From the NCBI GenBank assembly GCA_051294375.1, contig CM119267.1:12039553-12103552 (forward strand): DNA of 64,000 nucleotides, in the 5' to 3' direction. The position numbers and the translations under genes were made by a program. Under the pieces are notes generated by a model. It was given only the letters and a program-made list of their open reading frames with translations, had not been told where the DNA came from and searched no databases. This document shows, piece by piece, positions 54,908 to 64,000 of the stretch; the first letter of the stretch is position 1, and each line of letters opens with the position of its first letter. This DNA comes from Paraspadella gotoi (Eukaryota; Animalia; Chaetognatha).

Positions 54908-57900
54908 AGAGAGACAGAGAGGAGAGGAGAGAGAGAGGAAGGATTGGCGCGGACGGGGTAGCAGGAGGAATGATAAGAAATGAAAAGGAAAGAAAGAAAA
55001 TAAAATAAAGAAATGTACAAAAGAAAAGAATAAAAGAAAAAGAGGAAATTTTAAAGAAAGAGAAAAATAAGAAATAAAGAAAAATAAAGATAAACAAGAA
55101 AATATTAATTTAAAAAGAAAAAAAAAAAAAAAAAATAAAAAAAAAAAAAATTAAGGGGAATAAAAAAGAAGAAAAAAGAAAAAGAAATAAAGAAAAAAAA
55201 AAAGAAAAGAAAGAAGATTAACCACCAAAGCCTGTGCCAAAGTCAGCAAGATTAAAGTTATTGATATTTAAATCGTAATAGATAATCGTTTTATATTGGT
55301 TATGTACAATTCGATAGAACATAATCAAACGAAACGCAGATGGATAATAATTTCTTCTGAATCTATGCAATTAAAAAAATATAAGAAAACAAAAAAAACA
55401 AACACAAAAAGCAACATTTTGACTCGAAAAGAAATGAAAATTATTCTCTTGCAGCCGCACAGAACATGACCGAAGCAGACAAGAACTAACTTATCTCGCA
55501 TTTCACTCCGGGGGGGAACGGCTCTGAGAACTCTCATAGAAGCGCGAGCGACGCGGTTATGGAGAAGAAAACACCCAGAACGACAGAGACGTGAGCACCG
55601 GGACAATAAAAAAAAAGAGACTGAAGAGGAATTCTGAGATGAGACAGGAGACCCGATGCAATGCCCGGGAGAGATCTGTCACACGGGCAAGAGAGAAACA
55701 TTGAGAGAGACGACGAACGGAGTGAGTCGAAAAGACTGAGAGAGAGATGAATGATGAGATTGACGAGTGAAAAGAATAGTCAAAAGTAGACTCCGAATAA
55801 GCAGAAACCTAAGTTCTCTCCGTCGGTAAAAAAAATTACTCACATATTTTTGTGATGTCTGAAGGCAAGGCGATGGCCGTAGGGAAGATGACTGGCTAAC
55901 ATTGGAGTACAACGGTGCCTAATTATTTAACCATTACTATTCTAATTACGATCTATCTTATGTAATAAATGCGTCAGGAATAGGTACATCCGTTTCTCGG
56001 TCATTCCTTTCGAAGAAAAGATGAGATTTAACGGATGAGATAGGACTGATTAATAGTGACAGGGGCATGAGACGTTTATGAGAGAGAGAGAGAGAGAGAA
56101 GCGAGAGAGAGATGGAGAGAAAGAGAAGAGAGAGAGAGAGAGGAGAAAATAAGAGAGATATATATATTAAAACGATATAAACGAGGTCCAGAATGATGAA
56201 GGGAAAGAATATCGTTCTACTTTGTCTTTGATAGTTACTGCTTGTATATTAGTCTTTCATTATCTATTCTACAGTGTGTGGTAATTCCGATATTTGACCC
56301 GCCTTGAATATGCTTACTTTCCTACAGTAGAAAAATTTCTTCTGGTGTGGAAAGTGAAAGTTCCTTGCCGTTTAAACAGATCGCAGAGAATAATGTCTGA
56401 ATATTTCTCCGTATCTAGGTGGGCGTAGGCGAAGCCGAAACATCATATCCACTCTTTAAAAAAGCAAAACCTATTACTCCTCTCCATTCGCTTACATCCA
56501 CCTCGCATATGAGAGTTATCCAGACGGTTGTTGGGTCTTTTGGTGGTTGTGAAACGATCATGGCCGCGTACTCCCTATTACGCCGGGCAAGATTTATCTA
56601 GGGTGTGGATGCCCCCCCAGGCTCCACCGGCCTCCGGAAGGAACAGCTTGGTGTCTGATGTGGGCGGGTGCCTCGCGAGTATGGTGTGGTTACTCTGGGA
56701 GCCTTCCGAGGGTCGTAGTCGAATTGGCATCGGACCTGTTCTCGACTTCAAGAAGGAATGGGGTCACCATCCGAAAATATGACCGTCGGAACGACGGACG
56801 TGGACCCGGTGCTAGCCACTCAATATGTTGTACACGTTGCGGGAGTATGGGCTCTAGAAGGATGTGCGACGCAACGCTTACTGCGCACGGAAGAAAGGAA
56901 ATTTATGCGCAGATCTGTACGCACTTTCCTTGATTTTTTGAGGTAAATTTGATCTGGTTTGATCTTCTTTCGGAAACAGAGTTTCTTGTGGCCAGAGCTT
57001 GTTAGAATTAATGCGCTTTCGGAGATGCTGTTCTAAAGTTTGGCCATCATGGCCACATCAGCGATACGGTTGACTGATGTCACAATTTCAGGAAAGAAAG
57101 ATTTTAAACGCGAGATTTTTTTTTTTTTCTTTCATGAGGAGGTAATCCGCATGCGGCGACTTTCTTCAGACGTTGAATTAAACACATGATAAAATTGTCT
57201 GTCATTCCTGATTTTGTTTAATTGTCATTCCGTGATGTATTGCTATATAGACGTTCATTTTTTTAAATAGCTTATTTTTGTTAGTTGTTATGACCTTTTG
57301 ATGTATATAACTCTCAGCCTATGAAAAGAATGATTAATTCTATGGATAGTGAGTCATGGATTTAGTCTGGAGTAAATTAATAAAAGAAAAAAAAATTTAG
57401 ATACTGAAGATTTTAATAAACAGGTAAAAAGAAGTAAATGAAGTGCAAAATGTACAGTATGTGAAATAAAATTAAAAATAAAAATAAAAGAGATAATAAC
57501 AATCTAGGGAAGCTCAAAGACAGATAAGTGAAATGTTCATTAACAAACTTATCTCTCTTTACTGCTACCCTCAATTCCTTATCGAGTGCCGGTAATGTAG
57601 TTGGTAGAAGGAGGTAAGAGGAGGATGGGAGAGGGAATGAGAGATGATAGAGCTTCTGATTTATTTTTAAAAAAAAAAGAAAGTTTGGAGAGCGAGAGAG
57701 AAGAAAGGGAGAGAGCAGACTGAAATGCCAGAGTTTTGCTAAAAGGTCGAATGAGTGCAAATAAGCAGATAATCTATTAATCAAGACTTACTAAGAAGTC
57801 GTGAAATTCAAAAAATAAAGGAAAGGGAGGAATAACTGGAGAACAAATAAAAAGGAAAGAAAAGCCAGAATGAGCTTTATAAGTAATTAGAGGGAAAAAT

Positions 57901-58575
57901 AAAGATATTGAAGTATCTGCCACCAGGCGAATATAAAAAAAAAGAATCACAACAGCTTGAAAAAGGAAAGAAAACTCGAACGGAAAACGATAGGAAAGTA
58001 AGTGGCACGGCATGTCACGTGATCAAAAGTTTGAATGAGGTACGGATTATGGTAGTAATAAACCTGAAAGACCGGAGAAAAAAGAAAGAGGCAAAGAAAA
58101 TTAAAAAACAAAAAAAAAAAATCAAAAAGAAATAAAAATAAAGAGTGCACCCAACAGAATACTCTAAACAGTCTCATTCACTCAATCAATGTTGCTCGAC
58201 CCGGCGCTAAGCATATCCGTATATGGGGATGAGTGCAGACTCTTTTGCCGAGTCCCGAATCAAAGTAGAGACTGAATGATACTTGATCCTATGAAAATTA
58301 GGAGACGCAAGATAGGAGATTGTGAGAGAATGTCTGATCCGAACAAGAGATCGAGGAAGAATCGAGACTGGAATAATGGAGAGCGTACGAAGCTTCGGTA
58401 AATTTGAACCCCCACGGAGGAGAGAGAGAGAGAGAGAGAATTGACGCTAAGTCGGAACGTCGTAAAAACAAAACCAAGGTCCCATGATCAGGGACCCGAC
58501 AAGTACTAAACTAGTCACTACAATTATTTATATACTTAATCTTTTTCTTTTTTTTCAGATAAATGTATAATAAAA

Positions 58576-58619
<44 letters not shown>

Positions 58620-58677
58620 AAAAAAAAAAAAAAAAAAAAAAAAATAACAAAAAAAAAAATGACAAAAAAAAAAAAAA

Positions 58678-58737
<60 letters not shown>

Positions 58738-61700
58738 AAAAAAAAAAAAAAAAAGAAACAAAATAAAAAAAACAAAACAAATCAAAAAAAATTACCACAA
58801 AAAAAAAACAAAAAAGTCGGGTTCTTATATGTAACCAGTGCTTTTTTTTCAATACTGAACCAACGCCAATGAGAGAAGAGACAAGGAGGCAGAGAAGAAA
58901 AGAAGGGAAATAGAGAGAAGATGATGGAAGGTAATGCATAATTATCGGAGAGTTATAAGGCGAGGAGTCTCTAAGTTATCAGAACTAACTTAGTTCATCT
59001 ATGCCTTAGCCAGTCGCCGAGGGACGTATATCTGTTATATAATATGATAAAATTAAATGATATTGTGGATATGTGATAAACGTCTTAAGGATCAGCGCAT
59101 TATAGTTATGATACTTATTATATGTTGTGAAGGTGATTCAAAATCCCTTTTTTTTTGAAAAGAAAAATGTGTTGTTATAGTAGGAATTGCATTAGGCTAA
59201 CGTTAAAGGTTCAAGGACTTTTAAAAATATTAAGTTCAACTTATGTGAGTTGTGTGAAGAGCTTATGGTGATAAATTACGTTTCTGTACATAGCGTCATG
59301 TCGTTGCTTTGATAAGAGTACTTCTCTAATTACGTCCATAACATCGTACATATAAGATTCGGCTTCCCCAACTTCTGATGATCTCTTCAGCCTTTTTATT
59401 TTATTTAAAAAACCTGATTTATACAACAATAATATATTTAAAAAGCTTTAAAAAATTAAAAAACATTATATAAAAACTCCAAAAGACTTGTTTAAACATA
59501 TATTATATACTGAGGATGGATATAATATAATCGAAATATAAAGTATGCTCCCCTCTAAAAATGGTCCAAAAAAAAATATAGGGCGATATGTATCATCGTG
59601 TGATCAGAACAGATAAGGAATAGTTAGCATGAGGTGTGTGGGTCTATATGGCTAAGGCATAAAAAAATACATTGCAATAATAACCTTTAAAAAACTTCGT
59701 ACTCTTTTGATTCAATAAACAACCAAAAAAACACATAACATTCTAAAAAATAATAATAGTGTCGTAATATGTGTGCATTTAAAATCTCTAAACACTACAA
59801 ATAAAAAAAAGTAAAAACCATTTAAAGATGTTTGTGGTTTCTTATTTAAAACAAATAATCTTTGGGACATAATTTCAATATTACAAGGCAGCTCAAGTAA
59901 AACAATATACGTACCTCCAATCCCAAATACGGCTCAATCATTATGTGACTTCATCCTTCGCTGACAATTAATATTTGAGCCTTTAATTGAATAAGTGAGC
60001 ATACATTAATAATTTTAAACAATTCTTTATTCTTGCTTCCAATTCACTTCTACTCCTTCCGACCCTCCCCCTAAAACCTTCGTCACTTCTCCAGGCGTCG
60101 CCGCCGTCGCCGGCCGCGTCCTTCGTTCGTCAGCGGCCACGACGGCGCCGGCGCCTCTCCTCCGGTCGAAGCACGATCCTCTCTAATCTCGATGGACGAC
60201 CGAAGGACCGACGGACCGAGAGATGTACCCAGAAGTAGAATTTGTCAGGAACCCTCCCAAATCGTCGTCCGTATCTTGGAGAGGAACGAGTAAGAATGGA
60301 AAAGAGAGAAAATGAGAAACAAAGATACCGATCGCTGCATGAAAGCAGCACAACGTGGAAAAAGATGGTGAATGAGGGAGAGGAGGGTAGTGTTCAGGGA
60401 GAGAATTTGTTGAAGTTATATTTTGAGAGAAGGAAGAAGGATGAGTACAATTTTTTATGGTTTTTTTTTCCATTTATTTTATTTTGTACATATCGTGAAA
60501 TGTTTTATTCGCTACTCTGGTTCAGAATCTCACTGTTTTACGATATCAAGCTTTATTTTATACTCCTGACTAAAAAATTTGATTTATCATATTATACTGT
60601 CTCCACCGAACATGTACATTTCGTTTAAAACTTTCATGGATCTACGAAAACGATTGTACCCTTCTAATAATGTTCACCTTTAGTTTTTATCTCTTTTCAT
60701 TTTACTTTTCCCGGTGTCACAGCTGAAAATTTCCGTTTCTTGCGGAAAACCGATAAGAAAAGTCACTCGACATGGAGTGGAGCTGTAGCAAGAAAGAAAA
60801 AGGAAGGAAAAATAAAAAAGTTTTAAAAAATTGAATAACAACAAAGAAGGAAAAAACAATTGGAATAACAAGATAATATGTTTCTATTCCACGTTAGCAA
60901 TCATCTCTTGCTTTCTCTCTATACTGCTATGGATTTATGTGTCCAACGATATCTCGTCTACTCTGGTTACTCATCACTGTCTCTTTCTCTAGTCCATCTC
61001 TCTTCTCCTCTCTTTCCTCTCTCTCTCTCCTCTCTCTCTTAGCTCTCTCCGTCTCTCATCGTCTCTCTCTCTCTCTCTCGTCACCCCCCTCCATCCCCGC
61101 GTCTCGTGTTTTGACCTTGAACACTCTCATGGAAAAGCTCTCAAAGTATCTCGGCCGGCTGTATGGCTTTCTCGTAACTCTGTCTCTCTTTGTGCATATT
61201 GGTCTCGTCGCGCCGTCGCTGCTCTCTCGCTCGTCCGCGCCTCTCTCGGCTGTACTGCTCCCTGCGACCAGCCCTCCTTATTTTTCCTCTCACCGAGATC
61301 TAGTTCATGATTCGACCCGGATTCGACGGTTCTGTTAGATATATGCCATGGAAAAATGTTATGCAGTAGAATTCGTAAATTGATCGAATTTCGCGATCCC
61401 ACTTCCGCTGAGAAAAATCTCCGGGAATACTCTCGTCTGTGAGCTCTCACGGATTAGCAAAGGGTACTTATCTGGGCGTGTGCGGGACCATGAGTTCAAA
61501 GAGTGACGGGGGAAAGGAGGCGTGGCCGGGGAAGATTGACGACTAGCGTGGACACTTTGGGTAAATAGGATTGTCGTTTCAAGCGGACGAATGAACAGAC
61601 GCCACATGCCCCACTGGGGTAACCAAACGAGCAGTAACCCTAAAATGTGAAACAGGAAATGAAAAATTATAATAACCTGTAGAATGTGAACTGTCCAAGC

Positions 61701-63870
61701 ATTATGTACCTAATTTATGCCTGACCTCCTTTCTATAAACCTTAATTTTTGATATTCGTCATGGACAATGTCCAAAAAAACCGTTGCATTTCGTTTAACA
61801 AAATTGGAACCCAATCCTATATAGAGCCCTGAAATAATCAGAGCGTGTTTTCGTCTATTTTCTGCGGCCCTCTCTATTCTTTTACGCGATGATTAGTATG
61901 TATCTATATAATAAATCTCCCTCTGTATACGTTTTTTACCAACTAAAGTAGAAATATTTTAAACGTGTGGATTGATATTATAAATCCACATGTACATCAC
62001 AAGTGAGCCTCCCATCATTCCCATAACTCTTATAGAAAAAATCCAACCACCCCATCTTCGATATCCTTCTGAATCAGATCCCAATCTCTATCTATATCTC
62101 TTTTTTGACCTTCGAAGGGTAGTAAATCAAGATACAGTTTCAACCCAAAACGATGTAATAGATATATTAAATTATTTATACCATCCCTTTTTTTATCTCG
62201 CCCCAGTTTCTTTCTCCTCTGTTTTTTGACCAAATAATATTTTTGTTTTTTTTCTGGCCAGAACGTCCATTTGACTCAAAAGTAAGGAAATCGGCTGCCT
62301 GGGTGGGGAATATGTCGAACTCGAACTCTGACAAATACTTCCGTTGTTGGCCAGAGACTGAGGCTCCGAACCTTCCGATGCAACGCGCAGGGCGCGTGCG
62401 CGGGCGGGCTCAAAAGAGTCAGGGGAGGAGTAAAAGGTTTACGACGCACAAAGTGTGAAAATGGGGAGTAGAGGCGGTGCGTTGAAGGATAGAATATAGA
62501 GGAAAGAATAACGAATGGGATCGTCAAGTTTAGACACGCAACGAATCGTAGAAATTGCGTCGTTCCGTGTCTCTGAGAGGTTTTTGAACGAAGAGAACGA
62601 CCCTGGACGGAAGACGACGGACGACCGACGACGACGACCTCGCATACCGAAAAGCTTCCCATTACGATACGATAACAAAGAAACGATTTTTCCTCTCTTC
62701 TTCTTTCTCTCCGTGCCACTACTTACACTCTTCCCCAAAGAATGAAGACCCCGAAGTCTCCACCGCACCACCTGTACTCGTGTAACTCTCGCGCGCCTGT
62801 TTACACACTTACCTCTCTGCATTTCTTCATCACTCTTACGGTCCCTTTTAACTAACCGAACTACGTATAACGTTGGAAGAGAGCACCTCTCTCTCGCAAA
62901 ATGGCAAACCGAATAATTCTGTGCAAGAAACCATCTCTCGCCCCTCGACACCTTGGACGTCTGCTCCCAAGAGTAGGCGGCATCTGGTCGGGACTCACGT
63001 GTTTCTTCTCTTATCTCCACCTTTCTTTTCTAATTCGAGTTCCTTTTCAATTCTTCTTCATTTACTCCGTTCGCAATATTGTCGAACTCCTAAATTTTCA
63101 GAGATCATCCTGGAGACAATCTCGACTCTTTCTGCGTCCTATCTAATGCGAAATCTTTCCGCTTTCGATCGATCTCGATCGCAGTCGTCGCCATCCCCTT
63201 CTCATCGGCTGTGCTGCCATGGTCCAACAACTCGGCAACGATTCTCAAACGCTGGTAAAAGAAGTCCAGTGTGTGCTGTTGACACTCTATATACTCCGTT
63301 CAACCAGTGGATACTATTCGTTCTCTAAGCTTCGTATAGTACAAAGGGAGCACCTTCAACGTTTACGCACTACACTGCCTGCCTCATACATGGCGACAGC
63401 TCCGGACTTCACTCCTCCGCGCAGCTTTCGGCGTGTCTACAGTGGCCGCGACAATACTACCACGATATTACGCCTCCCGTCAGTGATCTCGGACTTAATA
63501 ATTGAACGCGCCCTACATGATCAAGACCTCTCTGCTCGACCTCAGTCATGACGGTGGTGCCTCTTTCTCGACAACCTCAAGCGCCAAACCAAGCAGCAAG
63601 CCTCGCCGCTGCGGAGCGGCTCGCGCGCGCCGGCTCGAAAGCTGCGTTCCAATGCCCTCCCGGAGGAGGAGGGGAGGAGGTACCGGGGCTTATCCAGAAG
63701 TAGGAGCGCAGGTGCGAAAGAGGGAACAGGGAGCGCACACGTGGGGTCAAGCGTTTAGGTTGAGGCAGAAAGAATGAGAATGATGTTCACAAAGCGCCGC
63801 TGCATTTCATGAAATAGTGAGAAGTTAAGTATGTTTCCTCATAATTATTTTTTCCTTTTACCAGGAAAAA
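54867..63870 (+). other. Heavily indel-corrupted colinear copy of ~36.1/39.2-45.4 kb (Kelch gene 3' half and GALNT intron); probably an unpolished long read inserted during gap filling
   Basis: Ordered anchors 56160~39975, 56745~40292, 57055~40485, 58440~42255, 60085~42978, 61085~43750, 62455~44700, 63790~45370. Differences are mostly random short insertions, and the copy starts right after an N-gap. Confidence 0.85.
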
Positions 63871-64000
63871 AAACAGGAGACAAGCGACCGAAGAGAGCGG
63901 GGAACGATCGACGTGTCGGGCGGGCGGCTAAAGGGATGTCCGCCTCCGGATGGGACTATCATTTACCTCGCGCCCATATAAAAAATGACGAGGGACATCG

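Noticed and set aside
56419-56946. ORFs with faint Kelch similarity
   Set aside because: Corrupted copy of the 40180-40346 exon within the artefactual duplicate.

Overview
Eukaryotic (invertebrate animal-type) genomic DNA: AT-rich intergenic sequence, spliceosomal introns, abundant (GA/CT)n microsatellites, N-gaps and stretches of noisy long-read sequence. Most ORFs in the supplied track are microsatellite or antisense shadows. Genes rebuilt by hand from splice sites: the 3' end of a CECR2-like bromodomain gene, a 6-exon trypsin-fold probable pseudo-protease, CFAP97, UBL3, two dynein light chain LC8 paralogues, an atypical PKA-like kinase, and a GALNT10-like glycosyltransferase. A ~22 kb GALNT intron appears to contain three same-strand genes (a KE-rich gene, LC8 copy 2, a BTB-BACK-Kelch gene), and the next intron an antisense gene. 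Mobile elements: a Penelope-like remnant with a minimal hammerhead ribozyme in a UBL3 intron, three hAT MITEs with 8-bp TSDs, a Helentron/DINE-1-like element with telomere-like repeats, two tRNA-derived SINEs and a dispersed ~135-bp repeat. The segments ~36.5-39.6 kb and ~54.9-63.9 kb are indel-ridden copies of upstream sequence and are most likely assembly artefacts. All homology calls are from recognition of motifs; no searches were run.
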